In this document: positions 28,870 through 44,128 of the stretch, piece after piece | How positions within the stretch are numbered: the first letter of the stretch is position 1 | Layout: each line of letters begins with the position of its first letter | Assembly (NCBI GenBank): GCA_030141605.1 | Contig: JAQGDQ010000014.1 | Coordinates: forward strand, 1,364,001 to 1,428,000 | Source of the DNA: Tubiluchus corallicola | Lineage: Eukaryota > Animalia > Priapulida | Length of the DNA: 64,000 nt | Direction of reading: 5' to 3' | Notes under the pieces: generated by a model | The model's input: only the letters and a program-made list of their open reading frames with translations | Told to the model about the DNA's origin: nothing | The model's database searches: none | Made by a program: the position numbers and the translations under genes

Positions 28870-29210
28870 TCAACAAACGCAACACACCGATACTGTACAC
28901 TGTATACAGTAGAGAATTTCTCTACTGTATACACGACACGTGTGCAGACTACGGAAACAACGCAACCGCACATCAGCTGCGCAGCTATCTGACTCCACGC
29001 GACTGCGAGGCGTGAAGCCAAAATTGAACACTAAAGCCAGCAGCTGCGGATTAAGCAGCTGATAAAGTGAATTTACCACAGCGCTGATCAACAGCTAATG
29101 AGCACTTAATAGCCAATCACCGCCAGCCGTCCGTCGCTGCTCGCTGCATCACCAGGAGCGGATGTCCATAACGTCACGCCATTTGGTTTCCCAAATCGTG
29201 GAGTGCCCAA
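28870..29210 (-). promoter_or_regulatory. CpG-rich island; candidate CELF promoter or first exon
   Basis: Local GC/CpG enrichment with a CCAAT box (AGCCAATCA, ~29111) and a CRE-like ACGTCA (~29171). It lies between the thioredoxin 3' end and the first CELF coding exon, which begins with an acceptor and so needs an upstream exon. Confidence 0.4.
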
Positions 29211-30597
29211 TACTTGGACCTAAAGCTGCAATTGGCATCTTCTTTTGTAGCAATTTTATTACTAACAACATTTCATCAAAACACAACACAACCGTTCACA
29301 TCCAAAAGCCCTTTTCAACCCTATTCTCCCGTGCTCCTGTTCATTATTAAGTTAGAATATTGTCACCGGCCCATTTACATGGTTGCCTGTCCCAGAAGTG
29401 CATAACAAATAACACGCATAGACCATTCAAAATATTTTACTTTTTATATTGGTATACAACAAAAATTTATTTAGATTATTTTTATAGTTGTTTCATTAAA
29501 ATTTAATGGCAATAAAATACGGATTATAAAATTTGAATATGTATTTGCACAGATTTGTTGAGACAATTTCTTCTATTTTTATTGTAATTTGTGACACTAA
29601 ATTGTATGACGTAATGTCCTCTAGATGACATGTATATAATTATATAATTTGTAGACTTGATATCACGGTTGATAAATAAGGAATTTATAGGTTTATTTAA
29701 TTATCCATTTGTACAATAAAATTAATTGCACAAAACAATAAAAAACACAAGTTAACATGGATATGGGTGTACGGAGGTTTATGTCGAGTACGATGTCTAC
29801 TTACGTGTGTCTACTAAGACATTTAATCTTCGACTAAATAATTTACTGGAGGAAGCATTTACCATTAAAGACCCATTTTCATGTTCATTCTCATATTCCT
29901 ACCCTATAGCGAAGGAATATTGAGCAACTGAAGATACGCGTCGATTTACATAAAGTTTGTGTCCAGACTTGTGCTAGTGGCGCAAAACTAAACATTAAAA
30001 AGCCACAACTTTAAACAAATTGTTGTTTTAAGGAAAACATAATAAAAAATACCATAATCGAATGATCTGGTTGAATTGGTCAACCGAACTGACAAAACGC
30101 CTGCTAAGAAAGTGAAATTGAAACTTGCACGGAGAATTTTTAATGCTCTAGACTTTTTGTGTTTTTTCAACTCTAGAACGTTTTTCAGCTTACAACTTAG
30201 TGACTAAAATGTCATTTTTTATTTTTTTACATGTCTAAAACTTATAGCTTAAACTAAAAACTATTTTGTTTATTGTAATTTCCGCTATGCATGTTATGTT
30301 TTTAAGTGAAAACCATTTACACCAAAAAGTAAGATATCAGAAAGTTACAAGATCACTGCCTTAATGGATATCACACTTCACCTTTAATATTGGCAGTGTT
30401 AAAGTACAAAAGTTAATTTAAAATAAATATAGTAGTTTCAAATCTTGTGTTCTTTCCTTTTATTATTTTTTTTAATAAATACACTTTAAAAATCGAAGTT
30501 GACACGGAGATATGAGGGGGGTGCAAAATTTTGACCATTCCTAGAGCACAATAGTGTCTGGCATTTGGACTGTTTGTGCCAATGACGTTTCGAAATG

Positions 30598-31213
<616 letters not shown>

Positions 31214-31828
31214 AGTCGTCACTCATCAGTTTCGTCACTCGTTACAATATAATAATTAGTAGTGGATGCTAATCACGTGTAATGTAATAAAGAATTTTCA
31301 CTAGCGCAGTACACCACTGGTGAGATGTGTAATGGCTAAATGTGCTACTAGCGAAACTGGACAATGGACGTGTTTTGCTGGGTACTTACGATGCAAACCT
31401 CGTAGACCTCTTTGTCTTGAAGTCTTGAATAATACTTCTAAAAGTCTTTGACGACATACTAGAAGTTGTAGTTACAGTCGTCAATTTAATTAAGTTTTGA
31501 AGATAGGCAGAACACATTGTCTGTCCAAATTTAGCACACAATCGCTATACACAAGGACGTCAGTTAGCGAAACAGTAAGTAAATATTTATCAAATTGAAA
31601 TTATGATATGACATTTAGACGCCAATGCAAATCTTACTTCCCTCAATGTATATGTTTGATACTTTATTAATTCTGTAATTACAAAATGGTGTGATTTGTA
31701 CAATCTTATCTATTCTTCATATACGTATACGTATGTGCAGCTACAGTAGATTTTGAAGGCAATATGAGGAAAAAAGTTGTAAACTCAAAATCAAATCAAC
31801 TAAGCTTCTATTTCATGTATGAAAATTA

Positions 31829-31922
31829 TTATTCTAAAACGTTTTTCTTTTCTTTTCTTTTCACATCCAAGTTTTCTTCTTCAGAACAATTCTCACTTTC
31901 GTTATCCTCTTCGTCATCATCG

Positions 31923-31956
<34 letters not shown>

Positions 31957-32092
31957 CGTCGTCGTCATCATCATCACCATCATCGTCGCTGTCATCACTT
32001 TCTTCTTCCTCTTCCAGTCCTTGAGCTTTTCTAGCAAAACTGACTATCATCCTTTCCAATCGACTTGTATTGGAACCGGCCATCTCTGTTTG
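31829..32092 (-). CDS. TXN: Thioredoxin last coding exon: final strand/helix plus acidic tail and basic C-terminus
   Basis: catttgcag|QTEMAGSNTSRLERMIVSFARK aligns with TXN exon 5 ([20 protein letters not shown]). It continues AQGLEEEEESDDSDDDG(D)21EEDNESENCSEEENLDVKRKEKKNVLE*. A minus-strand AATAAA lies at 31663-31668. Confidence 0.85.
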
Positions 32093-33779
32093 CTGCAAAT
32101 GTAAATGATAAATAAATAAATGATTCTGCTTCTGATTTTCATTCTGATTTCGATTCTGAATTTGTCCACTGCATAAACAGGCACGCCGCTATGGCACTGA
32201 ATATGGCGTTTTTACATATAGGTACTTACTTATTAATTCTTCGCAGAATTATCCTCGGCCGGTTTTAAAACAATTAAATGAAACATAATTGTACTAAGAT
32301 TAGAAAAGACATTACATTAAATGATCGGGTGAAGATAAACATTTAAAACGCATTGCAAATAGCTGCGACTGCATAGTGCTACCATCTACTGGACAAAAAC
32401 TGATGAAGCCAGAAATGCTAACACAGGTGTGCTAACGACTAACAATTGGAGAAGTTGCATTAAACTATGTAACAAGTGTGAATAGCCTGCTATTTTTTGG
32501 TTCGGTGATTTTTTTCATAGAGAATTCTATAGGATGGCAATGACGGATTTCAAATTGAGTTCATTCTCTCCACACTGTTCAACATGCGTTTCAAATAGAT
32601 GCTTTTTTGCTGACTAGTGCTCACTATTCTCATATGACTGTAATGTTTTGCTAAAGAGTGTCGTGCAACAACTGTCTCGTTTGAACACGTATACAACCCA
32701 GGTGTGATACAACCATGACAAATAGTTCAGCAAAAGTTTTTAGTGCTGAGAAGTACAGGTTTAAAGTAATTTCACTAAAAATTTATGTACAAGCTTTGCT
32801 TTAATACCATGTTAATTTATGTAATACATTTCAACAGCATTAGATCCGTGTGAGTAATCTACCTCTCCTGTCTTCTTTGAGGAGTGAATTGATTCATAGA
32901 CAGCTTTAATAAGACTACGTTTTCTGAATTTAATTTTCCTTTCTTACTTGTATTTATCTCAAGATCTTGATATGTATAAACGTCCTTGAAAAAGCATCAA
33001 TCTTGTCTTATCTAATATCATATTTTCCTAACAAGGTATAAGGCCTGGATCAGCTGTATTAAAAATAGACTACATATATGTTGCTTCTGGCATGGACAAT
33101 ACTGTTCTGCCGTCAGGTTTTCGCCGCCAGGGTATTTGTAATGACCATTGGACGGTTCCAACCAGAGCTTACAGTGGGCGAGAGGCCTCTGCTCGAATAG
33201 CACATCTTAAACGAGATTAGTAAAGCAAACGACTGGGACACATTCACCAGCTTTGAAAGAGCGGTATAAGGCCCGATCAAAATGTTTCACTGACTATTCC
33301 TGATGAATAAGTGAGTAAAACTTGAATTTAGTAAACTGCTATTTTTATAGTGAACGAAGCTTCATGATGAATCTCGAGTAGCTGACTAAACACAAAAAAA
33401 ACACAAGGAGTAACTACCCTCGAAAGGTTACCAACCCCTCACATTTGCACCGAAACAGTTGAGAGAAAACCCCTGGGAGGGCGGGTGCAGGCTTGTCCTG
33501 TTCGGTATGAGTAAATTATTTATTTATCCAATGAGTTGAAAGCTATTACATGCTACACATAAAATTTGCACACATTAGTATAAAATATATTATCCATACA
33601 TATAAAGAAATAAAACTACAATAAAAAGCACTCAAAAAAGGAGAGGATGAAGTTTTTACTTTTATCTAGGTTCTATCACAAATTACAAATCTAAAATCAC
33701 AAATTACATCGTACATCTAAAATTGTATATTATACTAAAAGGTTATCACAGTACTTTTTAAAATTGTTCACTAATACGC

Positions 33780-34690
33780 TCATAACTTTTAGCAGCTACC
33801 AATCTAAACCTTTTTCTAAACATACTACCAAAACCTGATACACACATCGATTTCCTTCTTGTTCTTACTTAGGGGTATTTTAAAGTAATTGTAAATTTTG
33901 TATTATTGTAATACTTTTGTAAACAATTTTTGCACATTTTCTGGTAACTTATTTTTTTAGCTTTGTACATTACCAACGCAGTTTTGAAGTTCATCAAATC
34001 TCTTAGCTTTAAAGCTTTCAGTTTACAAAACAAAGGATTAGTATGATCATAATAACCAACTTTGCTAACAATTCTTATAGCTTTCTTTTGTAATATGTAT
34101 ACTGGTTTTACGTAGTGTACGTAAAACCAATACCTCATATTACCTCATATTTCAGAACAATAATACAGATGCGGCATAATTAATAAAGAATAAAGAGTAT
34201 ACAATGATCCTTGGTTTAAGTTACGTTTAACTCTACAAAGTATTGCAATGCTTCTAGACAATTTAGATTTAACCATTTTTATATGTTGTTTCCATGTCAC
34301 ATTGTGGTCAGTTCAGTCCAGTTAAGAACTTACTTTAGTACACACATGACTGATCCCTGTGGAACGTCACAAATCACATCTAAGTACTCAGATTCATTAT
34401 TATCTATTTTAACGTACTGTTTTGTCTTTTGTAAATAGCTTTTTACCCAGTCTTGTGCAACACCACTTATTCCATATATTCCTAATTTCTTTAAAATTAA
34501 CTCATGATCAATCGTATCGAACGCTTTTTTCAAATTTATAAATACACTAGCCGTATAACACTTTTTATCATTGGCAGTAGTAATTTCTTTTGTTAAATCA
34601 AGCAAAGCTAGGGCAGTGGATCGCTGAGATCTAAAACCATACTGCCAGCTACTAAGTAAGTTACATTTGTGAATAAAATTATTTAAAATT
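33780..34690 (-). mobile_element. Decayed CR1/L2-type LINE RT fragment in thioredoxin intron 4
   Basis: NLKKAFDTIDHELILKKL, CDVPQGSV and LQKKAIRIVSKVGYYDHTNPLF; internally deleted. Confidence 0.85.
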
Positions 34691-35239
34691 CATCTTTGCA
34701 ACTACTGTTTACTCTGTATATTTTTTAGATGAAAACGAGAGCTATTTCAAACACGTCCAACCGCTATTACGAACCCAATTGTTTAACATTTTTTGACAAA
34801 ACCAAATTAACATTTCGATTTACAGGGATACTTCAAAGCGATTTTAAAATAACATACAGGGAGGCATATCTGTGTCCTCGAGTGAGTGAAAGTTTGAACG
34901 CAAAACAAGGCGAAGCTCAGCCCTTCAAAAATACTTTGAAAGGGTTAGGATACATAATACTTTGCTAATTTTGGGCGCGTTTCGAGGAACTTTCGTAAAA
35001 AAGAAAACAGCTCGTAAATCGCAGACCAGTTTATTGTACCTTATGGTATGTCGACTCTCACATATTGGTTTAAAAGGTCTATTTTTGCGGCGTTTGACTA
35101 TCTTTACGTTGATTATTTATTTACTATTTATTGTTGGTTATTCGTCTGTTGACTGTTTTCAAGGAAAATCAATTTCGCTTTTTTTGTTCTGTACATACGT
35201 GAAACCTTTTTTGAAACCCTAACTTAGACATAAACGCAC

Positions 35240-35305
35240 CTTTTCTCCACCTTTAAACACCATGAATGTAGGCATGCACTTGATACCAACTCTTTCAGCT
35301 AAATC
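35240..35305 (-). CDS. TXN: Thioredoxin coding exon 4 (cis-Pro loop)
   Basis: gtttacag|DLAERVGIKCMPTFMVFKGGEK|gtgcgt; 66 nt, phase 0/0; contains the CMPTF motif. Confidence 0.93.
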
Positions 35306-35649
35306 CTGTAAACACGACATGAAAAAAATTACATAAGGAATTTTCAGACCTTAAAATATTTGATATAGTATGAGTATAAAATTATTTTATTTGTTATAAA
35401 GAAAACATATTATGCTTTGAAATTCTATTTCCAACACCATGACCCTAGTTGACATAGGAAGGTTGTGATCCGATTAATAATAAATTTGTGACCAGTTAAT
35501 CGTGACCAAAAAAATCTAATTGATCCACGATCATCAGCGATTTTGTGACTACTGTAATGTTGACCGGATGGTGCTGATACGCATGTTCACATCACATTAT
35601 AGTAAAACGTCAAAAAATGAAAGAAGAAAGGATTTTTCTGAAATAAACT

Positions 35650-35865
35650 TGCCAGTTTCCAGGATGGTAGTTTTACGGAACAGGTGCTGAAATGTTAATC
35701 GCGCCTGTTTGGTAGCCAGCTGAACCAACGAGGCCTTTCCATACCAGCTACGTATAGCCGCTGTGCTATGCTGATGTGCAATGGCTCGTAAATGATTGAA
35801 CCATTGCAATGTGAGTTGGGGGGGGGTCGAAAATAAATAGTATTTCGCCGTCGCAACAATATGAC
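35650..35865. repeat. Unclassified interspersed repeat, copy A (thioredoxin intron 3)
   Basis: Shares TTACGGAACAGGTGCT...GCRCCT and GGGGTCGAAAATAAAT...ATTTCG with the copies at 57487 and 58743. Confidence 0.65.
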
Positions 35866-36096
35866 AACTTTGGGTTTTGCAAATCAATTCATTTGGTTAA
35901 AGTTCATGTTCATATAGTTATCATTTTCAAATTGCTTTGTAGAAATTGAAATGTCGAGGCGAGCCATAAAAATTTAATGGATTTACTGATCAGTAATCAA
36001 AGTCTATTATAGATTCATAATTCTCCGAAATTAGCTCCCAAAGATTATGCTATACATTTAATTTTCGGTTTGATCTACTATCACCTACAAACTCAC

Positions 36097-36159
36097 CGGA
36101 TTTTCGTCTACATCAACTTTTGCAAACACCATGATGTTTCTATATTTTTCTGCCAGTTC
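36097..36159 (-). CDS. TXN: Thioredoxin coding exon 3
   Basis: tgtttttcag|ELAEKYRNIMVFAKVDVDENP|gtgagt; 63 nt, phase 0/0; contains the FxKVDVDE thioredoxin motif. Confidence 0.93.
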
Positions 36160-37792
36160 CTGAAAAACAATTAAGCATAAAACGTAGAATGCTTTTCCAA
36201 GAATGGGCGTCTGAGTATTCAAGATACTGCGTTTATTGGAAAGACTGCATCACACCGCTTTCGTCAGTTCGCTTCCAAGTACAAGTCATTTCAATTATGG
36301 ACGGGAATTTTCGGATGTAGATAGTGTCCTTTTTCTATGAGAGTCTATGAGCACCTACACGTATTTTAGTTAAGTCAGATCTATGGACTGGGTTTTTAAT
36401 GATTTTTAAGTTTTTTGACATTGGTAAGTGAATTTGTCCTTATAGTACGTTATTAATTTGTTATTTTTCCCACTCTTTCCCTTTTCTTTAGCTATATCAT
36501 TTTTCAATAGCGGTCATAGTTTGAACACCATAAAAATTTAAGTTTTAAAAATTTAATAAACTGGATGGTACCACATATGTTTTGAGATTGCTAACTGTTT
36601 ATGAAACCTGTATCAGTTAGCATATTTTTAATTAAGAGTATGCAACAACCCATATTGTTGTTCACAAGTATCACGTTTTCATAATTGCAATGAGAGATCA
36701 AAGAATTTTCTAGCATGCAATGTTTAATTAATGCTTGAAATTAATTGAAACAATGCACGATTGTACCCAAAGAGCAAAGAAATCGACCAAGCCAATTTCA
36801 ATCAAAACGCATCAAAATGTGCCTTGATGGATGGGCTGTAACTGGAAAGGCGAAGTAAACATGGGAAAACCCCGATCCATTGCAAATTGGCAAAACTTCA
36901 GACTTTTTCAAAAGCAATGGTCTCACAGCCATCTTTAATTCAAAATGGCGGAACAAAATTCGTCTGGGTTCAAAGGTCGATGCGGAATTTGTTTTAGTAT
37001 ACATGTGTATAGTTTCATAACAATCTGTTGCGAATTCACGAAGCCTTAGACTTTTTCAAAAGGACATCGCTCAGAGCATCAAGTATAAGAACAATATCCA
37101 GATGAATAGTAATTTATTATTATTATTATTATTTTAATAACTTCTGGCTGCATTTTCTTTTCATAAAACAGTCGGTGATAAACTTTGAAGTTTGATAAAT
37201 AGTTATTTCACAGTCTGCGCCTTCTAATAGGTGTATATATTTTTTATTACTATAGTATGATGTTTGCATGTATTTTAAATGACAATAAACTAAACTAAAC
37301 AAAACTAAAAATTAATAGAAAACGTAACTAATTATATGCAGAAAGATTATGACTTTTACGTTTTGTTGATCAAGTTTTCTGTCATTAAGGCCCATGTTTA
37401 CTAGCGAGTAACTTGCAGCCCTCTACCGCTGTTGGTGATATCGTTGCAGAAATGCCAGAATCTACAGTCACTGAGGAAAAAGCTCTTCGAGACCTCGCGG
37501 GTGAGAAATCGCTATAACAATGGAGCTTTTTTCTCGCTACACCAATGTCGCTAGTGAAAGCACTCGAATGAGTTAACGGGCGACGCTCACTTTCGCTGAG
37601 CGTTAAAAACACAGCGATAATCTCTGCGAGAAAAACGCTACTCAAACGGGCCTTTAGAATGTTGGCACATTCTACTGTTAACAGGTACTTTCGATCCAAT
37701 GTCGCCCTTTTTATTATTGCTGATGTTACGGGCAAGAACTTATTGAATATTCAATGTTACAACACGTTACCTAGAAAAAAATTAAGGCTTAC

Positions 37793-37900
37793 ATCAAAAA
37801 GTGGACCCATGATTTTGCAAGGGCCGCACCACGTTGCCCAAAAGTCTACTATGACAAACTCATCAGAGCCAGCACTTAGCAGCACTTGGTCGAAGTCATC
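37793..37900 (-). CDS. TXN: Thioredoxin coding exon 2, containing the WCGPC active site
   Basis: ttttgcag|DDFDQVLLSAGSDEFVIVDFWATWCGPCKIMGPLFD|gtaagc; 108 nt, phase 0/0. Confidence 0.95.
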
Positions 37901-38605
37901 CTGCAAAACAACGAATTCATTATTCGTTACTGGCAAATGCAACAAATGTTTCACAAAAGGTACACAGTATAGTGATCAAGGCTTGAATGTGGTGCAAAAG
38001 GTGCTGAAAAGGCAGGCTTAAACTCTCTGGTACTTGGCTATAGTTGGCGTTTGGTTTTATGCATGGTTAAATATACGTCGCTTGGGTATGAAAATTCGTT
38101 TGCTAGCGGCTAAAAACTGAAAATTAATAATTAATAATAATAAGTTATTAACTATCTAACTGCATTAAAATTAAAATGAACAAACACATTTTACCTACAT
38201 AAATCCTAACACATAAACACATTAAAAGCATACAATGCCATTGTATGCATAACATGTTTAAGCTTGTAGCCCCGAACACTTGTAACACTGTTAGGCTGGA
38301 CACCTTCTTGGTCGATTGAATGCTAGAAACACATTTAATTTCATCCAAGCAAGAAATTAACTTGCAAACCAGAGGTTCAGGAGGTGGTTCATCCCATGAC
38401 ACTTTTTTCAACCAACTTTTTTGCAAAAGTAAAGTTACACGAACACTGAATGCATTTGATCTACCAAGAGAGTCAACGATCTTAGAAAATTATTCCTCAG
38501 GCAAGAAACAGAAGAAATTATTAAAACCATAGGAATCCAGGTATAAGACTGGATAGAGCATCGTCGTCGAGTCTCCAGCTGTGGAAGTGTTAGGTCTTCC
38601 ATCGG

Positions 38606-38675
<70 letters not shown>

Positions 38676-38704
38676 CAACAACAATAATAAATAATAATAA
38701 TAAT
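38606..38704. repeat. (AAT)n/(AAC)n microsatellite in thioredoxin intron 1
   Basis: Directly visible. Confidence 0.99.
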
Positions 38705-39702
38705 CTGAAGAAATCAGTCCTTTTTAAAATTAAAGGATATAAAAAATCACACATTCAATGATAATTAAAAAATTCTGTAATTACAATTTAAGAGAAATAG
38801 CCATGCATACTGAATAAAAATTCGCAGTTACACTTGTTTAGTAAAAATAGCTAAAACGGTTATAATTTAAAATTTATAGGTTAAAATTTGCATGAAAGTG
38901 AATAGAAAGTCATGGTTACAAACAAAAATATATGTCTTAAATTAATGTATTAAAAAAACAGAAGGTCATGGTTACAAATGAAATACAGATGTACTAAAAT
39001 GAATAGAAACTCATTGTAGCAAAAAATACAGAACTTAAATTAAGGTACTGAAATACTTGCATTTCAAATCAATAAAACAGGGATAACCTAAAGTAATTTA
39101 GTAAAATGTCCAAGAATTAGTAATAACAACAACTACAACGACAGCAGCAGCAGCAGCGGCAACAACAACAACAACAGCAATAACCTTTATTCTCCTGCTG
39201 AACAATAGGAAGCCATATAGGAAGCAACAATAGGAAGACACAAACCCAACACTGTGTTCAATCCAAAATCGAAGTTTCAAAATAATTCGAAGATGTATTC
39301 ATTGCACGAATCACATGTTTACAATATGCGTCTCCAACCCATCAGCTATTTTTTCGTCATAACTACTTCATGACTTTTGCAACATTTTTACAAAAAATAC
39401 AAGTTAACTGAAAAAAAACAGAATCTGTTCGCTCCTCACTCATCCAATGCATCCCGAGGAAGCGAAGCTGTGCTGTTTTACATATCGGAAGCACGTAATA
39501 TGAAGATGTGATATGACAAAAGATGATCTTACTTATGTAAAGCTAACAGATCAAACGATTAAAAGAGTCAAACGGGGGCTTATTTTTGCGCAAAATAATT
39601 TAATTATTAACAAATTTTACAACCCAAACAGTCTACATCAATACCTCGAATGCAATACCATAGATATTGTGATGATAGGGTAGACAAAATTCAATCGCTC
39701 AC

Positions 39703-39726
39703 CTCATTTTCTAAATTCCGTGTCAT
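39703..39726 (-). CDS. TXN: Thioredoxin coding exon 1 (MTRNLENE)
   Basis: ATG ACA CGG AAT TTA GAA AAT GAG|gtgagc. 24 coding nt with a phase-0 donor, the same length as the first coding exon of vertebrate TXN (MVKQIESK). The exon is short, so it is less certain than the others. Confidence 0.75.
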
Positions 39727-41079
39727 TCTATTTGTCTCTAAATATGTCAACCCCCGCTTCCCATTAAACACTCATGTATGAACACGTACAGAACCATTCT
39801 CGTACACCTGCTTAATATAGATAACCTGACAGAATTTCCACAGAACACGTATTTTCTTACGATGGTTATTGATCGTCGAAATGCACCTGTGCTGACTTCT
39901 GAATGTAGCAGTGTATGTAGTCTACAACCACATATATAGATCAATGGCTGTGCTTCGTTTTGTGGTGTACATTTAGATTATGAGTTATTAATCTACTTTG
40001 AATTTTTGACTTCACCTCAACCACTGTATCATTTTTTGGCAACTATGTGAAAACATGTGATTTGTAGTAGCTTAACTTTTTTTCTGGTAATTGTAAAACG
40101 GGTCAGTGTGTTTCTCGTTCTTGCTTGAGATATTGGTTTGCGGAAGTCATTTAAACTTGGAAACATAACAAAGAAATCTAAAAAAACTGTTCATAAAACA
40201 TATATTTCATTTATATTACATGTGAATAGATATTTTCGGTAGTAGCCGCTATTCACATGAAAATTATAATGTAGCTGGTGGACTTCGTCGCGCACGCTGG
40301 TTCAACTAATTCAAAGTTCTGCAAACTTATTTAATATTCATACAAAAATGTCACAAAATTATGTATTTGATTTGTGTAAAAAGACTTATCCTGATTTTAA
40401 CTGAAATTAGACAGTACGCCGTTTTTCTTCAAGCGATGAATGCCGTCTTTGGTTTAAGAATCGGCATTCAAAATGGGAGCACCCGAGCGCGAAATGATCG
40501 TGACTTTGAAAAAAGTTTGCTAATTATTAATTACATGAGGCCCTTATCATGCTTTCATTACTAAATCCTTCTAACATTTTTCCGAACATTGAAATAAGCA
40601 CCTAACTTTCCAGAAGGCTTGGCTCTTTCTTTAACATTTTGACTTCACTTGCAGGGTCACTTGCAGACCTCAACAGCAACTTAAAGTATAACTGCATACC
40701 GTGCGCTGGAGATAACCACCGACATCACGCTAAAACTAATAGTGCATATTTTTTTTCCTGTACAAAGCTTTTCGTTAGTTTATAAATATTGTGTGGCTCA
40801 GCAATATATAAACTACATTTAGACTGCCCAGTCGTATTTTACTTTCAGTGCTGCTTTAAACAGTTATTAATTACGCACATCAGCTTTCATCAAGCATTAC
40901 AGGGGAGATCATCAACATAATTATATTAACACCACAAAAACCTACAAATCCAATATAATTTTCAATTTACTGGGCGAAAGTACATTAACAAAATTATACG
41001 ATCATTAATTAACAAAGTACCTGACAAAACAAATATAAGTACAATCATCCAGTGCATCATACGTCCAGGGAGATGATTC

Positions 41080-42500
<1,421 letters not shown>

Positions 42501-43453
42501 TTTGCTGCATGCTTTGCTTCTTCTTTTCCTCCTACAATCAGTTTTTTCTTTTGCTGAAAGTTCTGCAAAGTTTAGATGAGTACAAGATGTTACGTAGCAC
42601 ATTACCATACAAAAAAACGAAAAACAACATCAAACAATGATGTATGTCATAAACCAAACTTCACATGCACATTCAACACACTAAAATTGATAACAAAGTT
42701 AATAATTCAATTTAATAAATATAAAATTCTATAGCTTCCTCCTATTTGCAAAACATTTATTTATTAGGCTACAAACAATTGTTAGTATTTCTAGATTTTT
42801 GCTTCCTGCCAAAAACAGATATTTGTCAACACGGTTCATATTAGTAAAATCGGGCTATGTGCTTCAGATTTTAGTGAAGGCTATCATTCTTTCAATTTTA
42901 TATTTATCACAGTTCATTAAAAAATATTGCTGCTCTTCAATTATTGCAATATATGCATACTCGTTGATTAGCGGGAAACTTTTTTGGTTTATGATGCCTT
43001 CCTGTTTCAATAGTTAAGGCATGTGAACTAATACGGAACTTTGCAAAAGCTACTTTAGCCCCTCTGGAGGGATTTTCCGCGCTATAAAATAATTTTGAAG
43101 CTCAAACTCAAGTTAAAATTTGCAATAGTTCCTAAGTTTATTTCCTTCATTATTTTTTGTGGTAGGTCTGTTAATTTCGAGTTTCCAATTAGTTACATAG
43201 ACTACTTCAATTTTTTTTCTTAATTGCCCAAATAAGAGGTTTTTTTTATTGATGGTAGCCTGATTTTCCCAAACATGTGTAAACCCAAGATGTACTAAAA
43301 TATCTGTAAGTAATCTCCGGGCTATTTAGCCGATTGTGTAGAAGAGGCAAACGCTCAAAGTACCATTTCTTATTCTCAGGTGAGGCACGTAGCTTATCGC
43401 TATTTCTTTGACTTGCCTGTTCATTAAAAGCACTGGACAGGCAAACTTGTATT

Positions 43454-44070
43454 TTACAATGGTCGGAATATAAATGTTTTGTCTGCTACTTTAAAATACA
43501 CAACGTTGCGCAAAAGTTCGCTATCCACAACACAATAGTCGATTACTGAACAACCGTTGGGTTTATGACATGTATACCTGCTTGAAAAATCTCCAATACA
43601 TCTTCCATTAAGAATACGTAATTGGTATGCTTTACACATTTCAACAAGCTTTTTGCCGTAATTATCAACAGTTAGCGCATCTTGGGAATTGCGCGCAGGT
43701 AGCTGGTTATCACGCCGGTAATCATTGAGGGCAGGAATATATTTATCATAATCGTTATTAATCATATCAGGGTTCCTTCCCAGTCCGGGAATTCATATCA
43801 CCAATTAGGATGACTTCTCCCATTTTGCTATATTTTTTCTTGTCATTTCGACGATATCATAGATATCGGCTGTTCTAGTAGCATAGGAAGATTTTTCTAG
43901 GACTATATAAATAGTACGTAATTATAAATCCTGGTTCATGTTAAAGAAACGTTTGTCCAGTTTTATCCAAAGCATTTCTGAATTTGTTTTCCGAGGAATT
44001 TGACCCCATTTCTTATTTTATTATTCACCAACACAGCAATTCTGCCCAAAATCTCTTTTAGCATAGCGAG
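43454..44070 (-). mobile_element. LINE apurinic-like endonuclease fragment
   Basis: IGDMN, DNYGKKLVEMCK..LRILNGRCIGD..YTC..GCSVIDY motifs. Confidence 0.8.
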
Positions 44071-44128
44071 GTTTATAGTATTGTGGGCAAGTATACCCTT
44101 CTAATTTCACATCATAACTATAATTACT

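Noticed and set aside
37385-38021. ORFs overlapping or adjacent to thioredoxin exon 2, and the antisense ORF 59789-60112 over neurexin
   Set aside because: Shadow or intronic ORFs with no recognisable motifs.
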